From NCBI GenBank assembly GCA_050084985.1, contig JBITNC010000002.1:39804001-39868000 (forward strand): DNA of 64,000 bases, in the 5' to 3' direction. Source of the DNA: Nageia nagi (taxonomy: Eukaryota; Plantae; Pinophyta). The position numbers were made by a program, and so were the translations under genes. The notes below the pieces were generated by a model that had not been told where the DNA came from, searched no databases, and saw only the letters and a list, made by a program, of their open reading frames with translations. The first letter of the stretch is position 1, and each line of letters starts with the position of its first letter. This document shows positions 14,153 to 27,863 of the stretch, piece by piece.

Positions 14153-17100
14153 GACTATGCTATCCTGAACTTCTCAAGGCACCCAAGCTCAATCATAATG
14201 AGCCTAATCAAAGTGTTAATCATGGGCTCCTGAAGGATGGCCTAGTTGAATTGAATAGTCATTGTTCAAGTTTTTACAAATGTATAATATGATATGAAAA
14301 TGATCTAAATGCTCCAAAAATATGCTTATTAACCTCTTTTTCTTATCAAGGAGAAAAAGGGAACAATAAGGGATCTATGATCCTCATTTTAATGAGGTGG
14401 TCCTCGAAGTGGTAACTTAGTATTTACAGATTGTATAAAGAATTAGGTTATTTTTCTCATAACCTTTCTCATACTTAGATTAAATACTTGCTCCAATAGC
14501 TCTTTCTATGTAAGTGATTACTTAATATCTGTAACTTAGTTGAATTATGCTTGCTCAAGTTATCCAAGTTATAAGTAAGGTAGCAATATATTTCACATAA
14601 GTATATTCACACTTATTTAATGAATGTTTTTGTATTTTTCATCTTTTCCCTAGATGTGCAAAGACTTAGATTGATTTTCTTATAACTTTCCTTACCCTTG
14701 AATTAAGTGTTTTTTCCACTAACTCCTATCAAGTAAATAATCACTTAATATTTTTAAGTTAGCTAAAGAATTATTGCTTAAATTAATCAAGTAACAAGTG
14801 AGAAGTGATATGCTATATATGGGTCACGTCACTCTTAGTTCCTTCAATAAAATACTATGTTGTGTAATGTGCATAACATTTCATATTTCTTTCACCAACT
14901 TGAATGTTGATTTCTTTTTAAGTTTATGAAAAGATAATGTTATCCAAGTATAGAAATGAATTACTAAATACTCTTAAAATTCATTCTCCAACTTAAACAA
15001 GTACCAAAAGAACAATCACACATAAGCAAAATGCAAAAAGAGATTATCTTATATTTCTTAAATATTTAAAAGTATAACTTTCATAACTTCCTTGAAAACC
15101 CAAATTCAAAATCCTAATTACATTGTATCAAAATTTGGCTAACTTAAAAAATAGTCAACTCTGAAAAATAACTTAGTCTAAAACATAATTACTCAAAATG
15201 TTTCTAACTCTAGACATTAAGGGGAGAAAAAATTTCTAACACCCTTAATTCCATTTTAAAACAATAATAAAAAGAACATAAAAACAATTCTCTTAATTGG
15301 CTACTGGAGTAGGGGGAAACAAAGCCATCATTTCTACTACTTTTGATTTGATATCTCCCTTTGTAAAACTACTTGCCTTATCTCTCCCTTCTAGCAACTT
15401 GTGATATTGGAAAATCATTTACCTATTTTTCCATTTTGCTAATTTCTAGTGAGCCATTTTCATCTGAGTAGTCCATGAGAAAAAATTCTCACAAGATTCA
15501 ATGACATTATCTTCCATCTCCTTAGACTTGAATTTTTTCTTGAGAAGTTCTTCCAACTATTGTTGGATGTCACCATCACTTCTCTGCTCACCACCTTATT
15601 CCAAAGTTGAAATAGCAATCATGGAGATGATATTGTATACCTCATTATAAATCTTAAAACATTTATCTTTGAAAATAATACACCTGGACTTTTCATTTAC
15701 CAACCAATCATAAAGAAAGGATAATTATTTCAAGAAACTTAACAAACACTCATTGTTAATCTATTTATATTCAATCTTTGCAACATTCTCCACTTCAGCT
15801 TTCCATAAGTCCATGTATTTGTGAATATCTTTTTCAATTCCATAAAGTTGAAAATTGATGTTTTCAAGATATTAGAGGTCATGATAGGCCTTTCTGAAAA
15901 TTCTACTAGCCCTCTCTATCAATGCTGAAATTCTTCCATCAAATTTGCAACCTATCTTATATTTAATTTTCAATTTTTCTTTGTTAGTACCAAGCTCCTC
16001 AAACTCTCAAAAACTCTTCTTCATCTCCTTTTCTTAATTATCCAACTTGTTTACCTATTCTTAGTCCCTTGGTTGATAATATATACATTTGATTCAATTC
16101 CTAAAGGTGCAATATCATACTCCAAAGTGCTGACATTCACGTGCCTTTTGTATTTTGGTTTTCTAATATTAGTAAAAATTTTATTCATACTTTATGTTTC
16201 CTCTCCAAATTATATCATGCTATGCAAATTTCTTGGAATTTGTTCATCTTCCTCTATAGCCTTTGCATTTTCTTCTCTCTCACTATCACTACTCACCTCT
16301 TTGAGCCTTTTCAAATATACATAAATGTCCATATTCTTTAGCAAGTTCTTAGAGCTAAGCTAATCTAGTGAGCTCATGTATTTAATAGTAATGATTTATT
16401 TTTCATGTTCATATTGTCTTCTTTTTTTTCTTCTCTCTTCATTATCCTCCTCATCATCATCATTTCCATCCCCATCTCCTCCAGTAGCTTTGGATGTTTA
16501 TTTGGATGGAGTCTTGTATGAGCTAGGAGCCTTAGTTTCAAATTAGATGGCTGGACTATCTACTATCTAAGATGAACCCTTTGTTGCTTGTTGTGTTGAG
16601 ATCTCTATAATGTTCTCTTCATGTTGAGAGTCTTCTGGAGTCAAATATAAATAATTAATAAGTAATTCTAGACTAGAAGAAACCATATAAGGAGTACGAT
16701 CATTCTCTTTTATCTCACCTTCCTTTTCAAAATCTATCATATTAACATATGTATCATCCCCCTCAATAAGAGTATCTACAACTAGGCTTGCATCATGATG
16801 TTCCATGAGGATTTCTTCAACTCATTCCTCATAATGTTTTTCATCATTTTCTTCTTCCCAATCACTATGGTTTCTTGATCTTCCATCATTCTTACTGCAA
16901 CTTCTCAACCTATCATCATGACTCCCAAATCTTGGTTACTCATCATTCAAATCACTTGAACTTCTTGAGGAACTACTATTAGAAGAAGGGTCTATGATTG
17001 GAGAAACAACATGAATACTTTCTTCAGACTTGAATTGAGTTCTAGGGTGCTCAATAGGTGGTTGTTTTGCAACTCTCAAATTCAAAATACTCTAAGTGGG

Positions 17101-20100
17101 TGTATTGACATTTTTTAATACATCAACCCCTTTCATTGAGCCAAACTGGTTGAAACTGGGCTCCTTAGTAAAATATTGCTCATTAGTTTATTCAATTTAT
17201 TTTGGTTCTAGAAAAATTTCATGACTCTTATCCTTAGTTATTTTCTTCTTCTTATCTCTCTCTTCCTTGAAAAGTTGCTCGAAGATCTTCTAAATCTCTA
17301 ACTTTGAATGAATATTTCTCTATCTCTTAATTGAACCAAGAGAATGGTGTTTGTAGGAAGTATGGAATTTTTAGAACTTATCACTCCACCCATTGTATCA
17401 TAATGGATTTCAAGGCATGATATTCAAAACCATAACCCTCTATTTCATATTTAATAGTTTCAGCTTCCAACTAGTTGTTATAGTAATAATATTAATAGGT
17501 TATAGGCATTTTAATGGGTGCCTCTTTTTTCTCCTTAGCAAATTTCTCATAAAAATAAAATGCTTGTCTCACAAGTTCGAAGAAAACTATTATATCACTA
17601 ATATAGCAAGGAAGATTGAGAAGAGTTATGTCGATGCCATAGACTTTGATGTATTAGTTGTTAGATTCCTCTAAGTAAAAATCTATAAATCTCTTCAAGA
17701 AATCTATAACCTCTATCGAGATTCTAGGTACATGATTAGCTCCTTTGATTTATTTTAAAAGAGTGAAATCCCATTCATTTGTTCTCATTTGAATATGATT
17801 CCATTCCTCCTCCTTATGGAATTTTGGGTAAGCCACATAAATTGCTACTTTCTTATTGAAAATGACCTTCTTGATGCCATGAGCTCGAGGTCAATTTTTA
17901 CTCTTCAACAATAAGAACACCAAGTATGACATATATGAAGGAAATTTGTTTTGCTTATATTGTAATATTGTAATGTTTTATTTGTATGGTTGAGGAATTT
18001 TATTCACCAACCTTAGAGCATGGAGAATGAATCTCTACTGCCTTGAGCACTTTAGCCAACAAGTGTCATTACTGCTCCAAAAACTCCCCAACAAGCTTCT
18101 CCAACATAACTTTGCCTAGCTCATAGAGTTATATGGTCTATAAATGGTTGATTTACCTTCAATAAAAAATGCTTTATTGTTGCAGGATCATACTACTTGT
18201 ATTGTAACTCACTGATCCCTTAGCCTCCTTTTCTTATTGCGTTGTAGAGAGGAAAGTGCATTTAATTGAGAATCACATAGGCCCTATTGTCTTCCTTGTA
18301 TATAATAAGACTTGTGTATGCTAGTGGAACTAATTTGTATGGTTTACTAGCTTTTCCTTAATCAGTCCATGGTTGCTGCCCTAGTCCTTAAGCAATATAT
18401 GGTTGATTTCCTTGTCCTTAAGCAATCTCGTGGATGCCCATGGTACCACTTTTGTATGTGAAAGAGTTAATTACTTGTAATCCATTATATGATATTTGTA
18501 ACATGTATTTTATTCAATATAAAGAGCATTTGATCCATATTATGGTCTATATTCATGGATCTTTCCATTTCTTTATGGTTGTATAATGTGTTTTCCATTT
18601 TTGGGATAGTATGTATGAGAAAACACTTCTGAATGTTTATAAGAGTTATATAAGTCTCTTCCATGGTGATTATTAGCTATTTAGGGTAATTTTAACTATA
18701 TGGATACTTATTTGTTTCCCATTTTGAGTATTAGATTCAAAGTTTTTTATGGTTGTCCCAAGTTGCCTTTGTTTTGGACTAGTTTATTTTCTAAGGCTAT
18801 ATCTTTCATTTTAGACCTTCTTTTCATGTGATTCCTTTTGTTTTAGATTTTTGGTTTCAATACTTACCATCCATGTATAATATATGATTCTTTGTTGGTG
18901 AAAATAATCAAAAACCATAACTTTCATACTTGCATTTATGTAATATTTCTCTTTAGATTTGTGGATTCATTTCTTTACAGATCAATTTTGACCTTTCTTG
19001 ATTGCTCTAAATTCTTCCAAACCTTCACTATTTGATATAGAACTTCATGTTGATAATTTTGATGTGTCATAGTACTAGGTTTCATCTAGAGATGAAAATG
19101 TTTTGGGTTGCTAAAATTGGCTCTCAAAACCTATCTAAAATTCACATTTTGGATCCACTTGTTGATGTCATAATCCTTTGAAATTTAGATTCCATATTTT
19201 GTCTCAATTTCTCATTTTGGATCTACCTATTTATGTAATCATCCTTTGGAATATGGAAATATATGCAAAAATTGACTCTAAAAGTTTGAAATTTGCATGT
19301 TTTAACTTTATTTTGTACTTCAAAACTTGGATTGCTAACTCAACTCATTCGAACTATAGAATCTACTTGATCTTTTACTTTGAAGCATGTGTGCAAGTCC
19401 TAAAATGGTCTAAATTTGGTTTGAAATTTCAAATTGATGCTCTATAAGATCCATATATCTTATCCTAATCATGTGAAATCCCCACTTAAGATCTGAAGCA
19501 TCATGCTAGATGAGTTCATTAACTAGTGGTTAGTGAACCTCTCTTCTTCAGAGCTGCTACTTGATTTCATCAACTAGTGGTTTGTGAACCTTCAAATCCA
19601 GCCACTTCATAGCCCTTAAAAGTTAGCCTCTTGAACCAATCAATTTTTTAAAGTTCCAATAAGTTATAGCCTACCAAAAACTCTTAAAACTTTAACATTT
19701 TCATTTGCACTATTTTATGATTGATATTGAACCTTTTGATTTTCCTAGAGGTTCAAAAAATTCTAACAAATTAAAAACTATCATAACCTTGACATTTTCA
19801 CATTGCATTGAGTTTTAACTTTCCTAGAGTTTTGATAAGTTCCAACTAACTAGAAATTCTCAAAACTTTGGCATTTTTAGTTCTATAATATTTTGCATAT
19901 GAAAAAGTTATCTTTGGTCTAAATTCTCTTTGCATCATTGCTTGGTGTTTAGGAATATCAAATCTTCATTGGTATTAGAGCTTGGAGCCTTGAGCCTCCA
20001 AAATATTCATTAGGTATGACAACATTGGATTTGTATTTTTCAATTGGTGGTTGGAAAACCTTAAAATTCTAACATGGTATTAGAGCTTGTTGGATTCAAT

Positions 20101-20339
20101 TAGGTTCAATGATCCTATTTTGGTGACATGATGGTATTAAGGGGGAGTAATATCATCTTTAGCTTAGCTCAACTTCTCCTTAGATAGTGCTCATATTTTT
20201 GACCTCCTATATGCACTTTGCCTATGCCATTCAAATCATTCATATCATTTGCCTTCTTCCAAGTACTTTGATTGCTCTAATATAACCATGTTTCATGTCT
20301 TGTGTTGCAATGAACTAACACTTTTCATCATGAGGAAAA

Positions 20340-20925
20340 TAAGTAGCTATTTGGGTTCTTTGTGTTACACTAAACTAATACTTTTTAGTAGAAGTGGAGT
20401 GTGCACTTTTTTTGAATTTTTTGATTGCACTAATTTGACTGTGTTTGGTGCTTTAGAAGCACTAAACCAAAACTTTTCTTCAATTTAGGAGATCTTATTT
20501 TATTGGATGCTTTTAAATGCACTTGAATTAACTATGATGGGTATCTTTAGTTTCACTAAAACATCACTCATCATCATAGAGAGGAGCATATGATTTTGTT
20601 AGATACCTTGGATGCTTTAGAATTAGATGTGTTACATGCTTCAGAAGCACTAAACCTACACTTCTCAATATGAAGGAGAGTTGAATTCTATTAGGTACTA
20701 CAAATGCACTATAACTGACTATGTTGGGTGCTTCATAATACATTGAACCAATATAATTCACATGCATCATAGTGAGATTATGCTAGGTGCTTTAGCTACA
20801 CTAGAATTCATTATGTTGGGTGCATCAACTACAATGAACCAACACATTTCAAAATGAGGATTGCAAACCTATGTTGGGTTCCTTTAGATGCACTGAAACA
20901 ACACTTATTCAGCTGTGGAGTATAA
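20340..20925 (+). repeat. Degenerate ~80-bp higher-order tandem repeat in the LARD core
   Basis: Recurring motif TGTTGGGTGCTTCAGATGCACTGAACC at alternating ~30 and ~50 nt spacing. Confidence 0.6.
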
Positions 20926-21844
20926 AATATTTTACATTAAGGGAGAGAATGAAGGGAAATTGATTTCCTTATATTGTAATGTTGTAATATTTTATTTATT
21001 TAGTTGATAAATTTTATTCACCAACCTTAGAGCATGGAGGATTATCAAAATTTGGCTAGAATCCCCCTTTAGATTGCAACTTGCAGCATGTTTGGTGAGA
21101 TAGTTATATCTCCCTTGAATTCTCCCTTCGACAACATCTGATCAAATTTGGTCTAACAAATTTCTTTAACAAGTAGGCATTATGTGTCATCCCTTAGCTA
21201 CTATAACACTCCACTATCTGTAGTACTATTTTGCAACTTATTTTCTCCTTCATTGGTTCTCCACCTCCTTGAGAACTTTAGTTAACAAGTACAATTACTG
21301 CTCCAACAACTCCCTAGTAAGATTCTCCAACATGCTTCTACCTAGCTTAAGGAGTTATTTGGTCTATAAATGGCTAATTTTCCTTCAATAAAGGCTTTAT
21401 TGTTGTAGCATCATGCTTCTTATATTATAACTCACTGATACCTTAACCTCCTCTGCTTGTTGCATTGTAGGGAGAAAAGTGCATTCAATTAAGATCACAT
21501 AATTTTCATTATCTTCCTTGTCCATAACCATAATTATGTGTGTTGGTGGCATTATTTTGTATGGTTTATTACCTTGTCCTTAGGAAATCCATGGTCATTT
21601 CCATAGTCCTTAAGTAGTATATGATTGATTGCCTTACCCTCAAGCAATATTAATGATCTCCCATGGTACTACTTTTGTATGTGAAATATTACATTACTTT
21701 TAATACATTATATGATGTTTGTAACATGTATTTTAGTTAATATAAAGAGAATTTGATTCATATTATGGTGTCTATTCATGGAACTTTCCATTTCTTTATG
21801 GGTGTATAGTGTGTTTTTTATTTTTAGGCTAGTATGCATGAGAA

Positions 21845-22946
21845 GGGTAACTGCAAGAAGTTAAGTCTCACTTTGGAGGAATAAATGGGACTTAGTTTTT
21901 TTTAATGCAATTTTAGGATCTCAAAGGTGGGGATCTTGATCTTGGTTGGTTTAGGATCTTCGATCCAAGATTGGGATCATGGGGGTCAAGATCTCGCTCC
22001 CAGGATTGTGGTCTTGGAATACTATAAATAGGTGAGGGGACTAGGATCTTGCCCCCTAGAATCCCACCCCCTCGAGATCCTAATCCTTAAATTCAAAAAT
22101 TTTCCCTATCCTTTTCACTCATAATTAGGTTTGGTGACATGAACCTTAGTTTTGGACCTACAACTTCATGGTCATAATAATGCTAATGGACTTTAACGAC
22201 TTTGGACATGTGTTTGATGATGCTTTTCAAATTTGTTTTTCATGAAATTTAGTAGGATTGTGGATGAGAGAGTGCAAATTTCAAATATTCTATTTATTTT
22301 ATAATTGGATTAGATTTTTTATTCTTAACATAATTTCTAATGAAAGAGGGTCTATAAACTTTGAAAAATAGGGTTTTGTATTTGCTAAATAACTTTTTAT
22401 TTTTTTGGAATTATAAAAAATAAAATATATGTCCACAATATGGATACAATTCTCCATAATTTATAATTGAAAATGATAAGTTTAAGACAAATTATGCTTG
22501 AGGAACACAAGCATTTTTTGAAATGATAATTAGGTATAATAAAACATTAATAAAAAAAATAATTTTCATGAAAAAATTACAAAAAATATCCTCCATAATC
22601 TTTAATGTCTTGGTATCTTTACCAAAAAGGATTTAAGAAAATATTTTAATTTAGGTCCAATTATGCTTGACAGACATGATGGGGGTGTGGTTCTAAAAGT
22701 ATATTTTTTAAATAGTGGGTTTTAAACATGCCTATAAAAAAATTTATTTCCATGAACTCAGTATTGAAATAAATTACATATTTAAAAACTAGACCTTGAG
22801 AACTACATTTTCACTTAAGTGACCTTTTTCAAGATTTCAACTCTAAGTACTTCACATTTTGAGATCAATTGTAATGAAACATGAAAATCAAATAAAATAG
22901 TTCCATTTTTTGGCCAAAAGTGGGACTCAACTTCTTGCACTTACCT
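21845..22946. mobile_element. Non-autonomous TIR DNA transposon (1102 bp) with apparent 4-bp TSD
   Basis: Left end GGGTAACTGCAAGAAGTTAAGTCTCACTTT versus reverse complement of the right end AGGTAAGTGCAAGAAGTTGAGTCCCACTTT. AGAA on both sides. The empty site ATGAGAAAACAC is present in LTR1 at ~18615. Confidence 0.85.
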
Positions 22947-25900
22947 AGAAAACACTTCCAAATATTTATAGGACTGATATGAGTCTCTTGCATAGTGATA
23001 GTTAGCTATTTAGGATCATTTTAACTATATGGTTACTTATTTATTTCCCATTTCGAGAATTGATTTCAGATTTATTCATGGTTATTCCAAACTACCTTTA
23101 TTTTGGACCAATTTATTTTTGAAGGTTATATCTTTTGGTCTATAACTCCTTTTCATTTGATTCCTAGTTTCAATACCTTACCATCCATGTATAACATGTC
23201 ATTCTATATTGGCAAAATACACTCAAAAATCATAACTTTTGGACCTGCATTTACGTAATCTTGCTCTTGAGCTATGTGGATTTATTTTCTTGCAAGTCAA
23301 TTTTGATCTTTTCAAATTTCTCCAAATTCTTCCAAACCTTTACTATTAGATAGAGAACTTAATGTTGATCATTTTTATGGGTTATGATATCAAGTTTTGT
23401 AGAGAGACTAAAAAGTTACGGGCTGCTAAAGTTGCCTCTTGAAACCTATCTAAAATCCATATTCTAGATTCACATGTTGATGTCATCACCCTATGGACTT
23501 TGAATTTTGTATTTTGGCCTAATTCCATATTTTGAATCTACCTATTGATATCATCATCCTTTGGAATATGGAAATATATGCAAAATTTGATTCCAGAAGT
23601 CCAAAATTTGCATGTTTTGACTTTATTTCATATTTTAGAACTTGCTTTGCTAACTCAACTCCTTTTAACTATGGAATCTACTTGGTATTTGACTACAAAA
23701 TACTTGTGTAAGGCTTATAATGGTTTTGATTTGGTCCAAACTTCAAATTTATGCTTTAAAAGGTCTAGAGTTCTTATCCTGAGCTTATGAAATCCTTACT
23801 TGAGATCTAGAGCATCATGCTGGATGAGTTCATTAATTGGTGGTTAATGAGCCTTTCTTCTTCAAAGATACTACTTGAGTTCATCAATTGGTGGTTGGTG
23901 AACCTTTAAATCTAGTTAAGTTACAACCCTTCAAATTTGGCCTCTTGAAGCAATCAATGTTTCCAAAGTTCTAGGAATTTTTGGTAGTTCTAGTAATTTT
24001 TAGCCTACCAAAAACTCCTAGATCTTTGGCATTTTTATTTATACTATTTTATGAATGATATTTAACCTTTTGATTTTCCCAAAGGTCCAACAAATTCTAG
24101 CCAACCAAAAAACTACCAAAACCTTGATATTTCCACATTTAACTAAGTTTTAACTTTCCAAGAGTTCTAACAAGTTCCAACTGACCAAAAACTTTTGAAA
24201 CTTTGATATTTTTAATTCTATACTATTTTGCATCTAGAAAAGTAGTCTTTGGTCTAGATTCTCTTTGCTTAAGTGCTTGGTATCTGATAATACCAAATAT
24301 TCATTAATATTAGAGCTTGGAGCCTTGAGCCTTCAAAATATTCATTTGGTAACAAAGCATTGGGCATGTGTTTCTCAACTAGTGGTTGATAAACCTCAAA
24401 ATTCTAAAAATATAGAAGAAAATCTTCATCCTATTTACTTCACTCAATTTGTTAATCATACCATCACTAACAACCTAGCTCTATCTAATGCTCCTTCCTT
24501 TATTCACTGCATAAAGGAAGGCAAATAATCTTTCTCAAACATAATATCTAAGAATTTTCCCAAAATTCTATATAGGAAATTGATGGATTTATTTTTGATA
24601 TCTTGAAAATAGCATCTATGTGCTTTCATAATGATTTAATGAGCTATACCATGATGCTCTAGTCTTAACCAGGATCAGATGATATCACTTTCTCTATGTT
24701 TGGCATTATATTCCTTCAACTATATGTTAGTATCCTATTGAATAAAGATGGTTCTTTGATTTGACCATCCCATTGCCTTCTCAATACCTTCCTTTATCAA
24801 GTTAGTAATGAAATTTCCATATACAACCCTAATAACTCTCTAAATGAAATATGTATGTTCTACAACTTCTAATACTAGGCTAAAGAAAATTGACTAAAAA
24901 TGGGATGATCATAGCGATGAAGAGTCTAGAAGAATGGAGTATATATTCTTCTTTGAATTCCTTTAGAAGCTGATTTGCTTCCCTCAACATAAGGATGAGG
25001 TTGGTGTGATTCCATTTTGGGTCTTGAATATTCTCTAGTTTGTTGTAAAAATGAGCCTTTTTCTTAACTCTTCAATCTTTCTTTAGTTCCACAAAACTTG
25101 TATTTATAAAATAAGTGTAGCCACATTTGTTCTCCTTTGACTTACTCATGGAATACAAAATGACAAAAATCTCACTTAGCCATTATTTCAACACAAAAAC
25201 AACATCAAAAATTTATTAAAAATTTCATTTTTTCAAATTTAATTATTCTTTTATTGGTCTGATCTAGGTAGAAAACTACCTTGGAGCAACTTATCAAAAT
25301 ACTTGGTTGCACTCAAATTGATATCTAAATGCATGTGACTATTATTTTTTACTTAGTCACTTTAAACTAAAAGCATGTTTTGATGCTAACAAGAAATGTC
25401 TTAGTCATGCACGGTTAAATTTCAAGCTAAATATGATCATAACAAACCCCTTATTCACTTTGGAGTTAAGATATAAATGTATGTGATAACATGGATACAC
25501 AATTGCTTTAACGTTTGCTTAGTTCCATGTGATAAAGGTTTTTTACTTAATCACCTCAATTTCCATAATAGCATTTATGCAATAAAAGGTTTACTTAGTT
25601 GCTTTTATCTAATAGAAAATATCAAAGCGACCAAAGGAAAACTAGTCTCGATTAAGCTAAGTCTCACAGACATGATGATAGGATCTTCAATTGGTAGGAG
25701 GTTCAAATTGATATTGTGGTGACAAGGGAAGGGTTCGATCATGCTTGTTTTGAAGGAGAATTAAAGTTGACAATGATCAAATACTTAGTTTCTCTCACCT
25801 TCTATCATAAAATACTCTAACAATGCAAAAGATTAGGTCACTTTGGCTTTGAAAGCAAACTCATAGTGATAAAGAGGAGAGTATGAAAGTGAAAGATGCA

Positions 25901-27850
25901 AATGACAAAATAGACCTAGTATTTATAGGTGCAAAATATGCCAAAGGACATGCATCATACATTCAAGAAATGATGCCCTAGATCAGATAGTAGATGTGAA
26001 TCAAAAGGTAGATTTAGTTAGACCATATAAGTTTTTAGTCAGCACAATGAGGTGATAGCCTAAGTCATACTAGATAGGTTCTCGCTTGGGTGCGACTCAT
26101 GTTATTTTATTAGTCACCTCCAAATAACTATCTATCTAGATTCAACTACTGAATTTTTCCAAGTTACACTAGATAAGGAGTTAACTCAATGCAACTACTG
26201 GAATTGTTTAGTTTCTTCCAAGTTAGTTTATATGTTGGTGCAACCATTGAAAACAAAAAGATAGTCATATTTCATGAAATTTTGATTTGGATTTGAAAAT
26301 AAATATGCTTTCATCTTTTAGACTTTGATGAAAATTGACTTCCACTTTTCAATGTATAGAAAAACACTTGGTATTGAAAATGGAATTTCAAATTGAGTTT
26401 CATCTCATGTCATGGGTAGGTGCTTTCAATCAGATTGAAGAATGATATTCAATTATTTGTAAAAATTGAATTCCATGTTAACGTCTAGAATGTGCACTTA
26501 CCTCCAAGGTGAAAGATGCTACCCAATGTTCAAAACTCTTTTTGTGATGAAAAGATATGATCTTGACAAATCATTATTTTTGAAATTTTGAATTATGCAA
26601 GTTTTTATGTATTTTTTTTATTAAGGAAAACAAGAAATTTTTCCTAGATACCTAACTTGAGGAAAAAGTAAAAAAAATTCTAGTAAAAAATTGGGTGGTA
26701 ACACTAGCTCTATTTGGGAATGTATTGTATTGGTAACATAAAAGATCCTAGCATTTTTGATTACCCTCACCAAATATTTTCAAAGAAATAAAAACATAAT
26801 CATGATTAGAAAAAGGTAAACTTTGAATCTTGAAATTAAAATCCTTCCCTACAATGTTTTGCTCATTTTCCTAGATAGCTTAGGAAATGAAGGTTCCTGA
26901 TAAGATTATAGGAGACTTTAGAAAATTCTTCTCATAATCCTATCAACATAAGAACTTTTAAAAATATTCATTATTGCAATCTTCCTAATCCTTTGATTAA
27001 TAATTGATTGGATAATCCTTCAAAAGAAAGGTATAATATAATTTAATCAAATGATCTATTTGAGAATAATACTATTTTAAAAATAACCTTTAAGAATTAT
27101 GATAACAAACTATGTAATCATCATTGCTAATATTGAATTTGAAATGTAACCTTTTATATCAATCTAACATTTCTTTCATTATACTTCAAACCTATGTACA
27201 ATTTACACAAAGACATACTTGGTACTTGTTCATACTGGGAATTACCTCTACTACCAGAAGACATCTATAGCCTTGGTAGGGATACATATGACTTTGAAGA
27301 ATTGCTCACACTACTAGCAGGTATCTATAGCCCTGATAGAATTTCTCCTTGTTGGAATGTATAATGCATTATTGTAAAGGTTTTATAATAATATTCTATG
27401 TAAGTTCACTAATACTTATGGGTATCATTTGATACCTTAAGTATTTAAATGAATATGATAATTTAACTTGTCCTACACTCCATGTCATGAGTATGCCCCT
27501 TGGGTAAAAGGATGTGCATGTCATGCTTTTGTACATTATATAAAAGGGTGATCCAAAGAAGGATTTTGTCCTATTAATATATGGCTCCCTTTTTGTTATC
27601 ACACACCTATTAATGGAGTAAAGTTATGTTAGAGGATAGTGTCTAGGAGTTGAGATTAGGAGAATTGTAAGAGTTCATATTTGAGATTAAGAGAGATCTA
27701 GTTTGTGGATGTACTCTTAGTTGGAGGAACCACTTACATATTGTGTTATCTTTTTGAGATTTCTTAGTGAGTTTGTTAGATGTGTATTGTGAGATTTCAT
27801 ATGATATTGAGAGTTTAGAGTTGTTCATGTTATAGTTCAATTCTCACAAT

Positions 27851-27863
27851 TGGTATCAGAGCC
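27851..27863 (+). promoter_or_regulatory. Primer-binding site (tRNA-iMet)
   Basis: Perfect TGGTATCAGAGCC 2 nt after the LTR end. Confidence 0.9.

Larger units (their letters stand above)
17936..24409 (+). mobile_element. Non-autonomous LTR element (LARD-like) with a non-coding core
   Basis: LTR1 17936-20074 (TGAAG...CTAACA); PBS TGGTATTAGAGC 20075-20086; ~0.87-kb core; PPT AAGGGAGAGAA ~20939-20949; LTR2 20950-24409. TSD ATATA at 17931-17935 and 24410-24414. Confidence 0.9.
15293..25149 (-). pseudogene. LTR-internal ORF, 3' LTR copy (interrupted by the LARD-like element)
   Basis: Homologous to 42040-45429. Includes ORF 16567-16806 and C-terminus ...KGDIKSKVVEMMALFPPTPVAN*. Confidence 0.65.
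14327..26703 (-). repeat. 3' LTR of the Tat element (split by insertion 17936-24409)
   Basis: Colinear with 40678-46977. About 22 differences in a 130-nt segment counted by eye (~83% identity). Confidence 0.9.
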
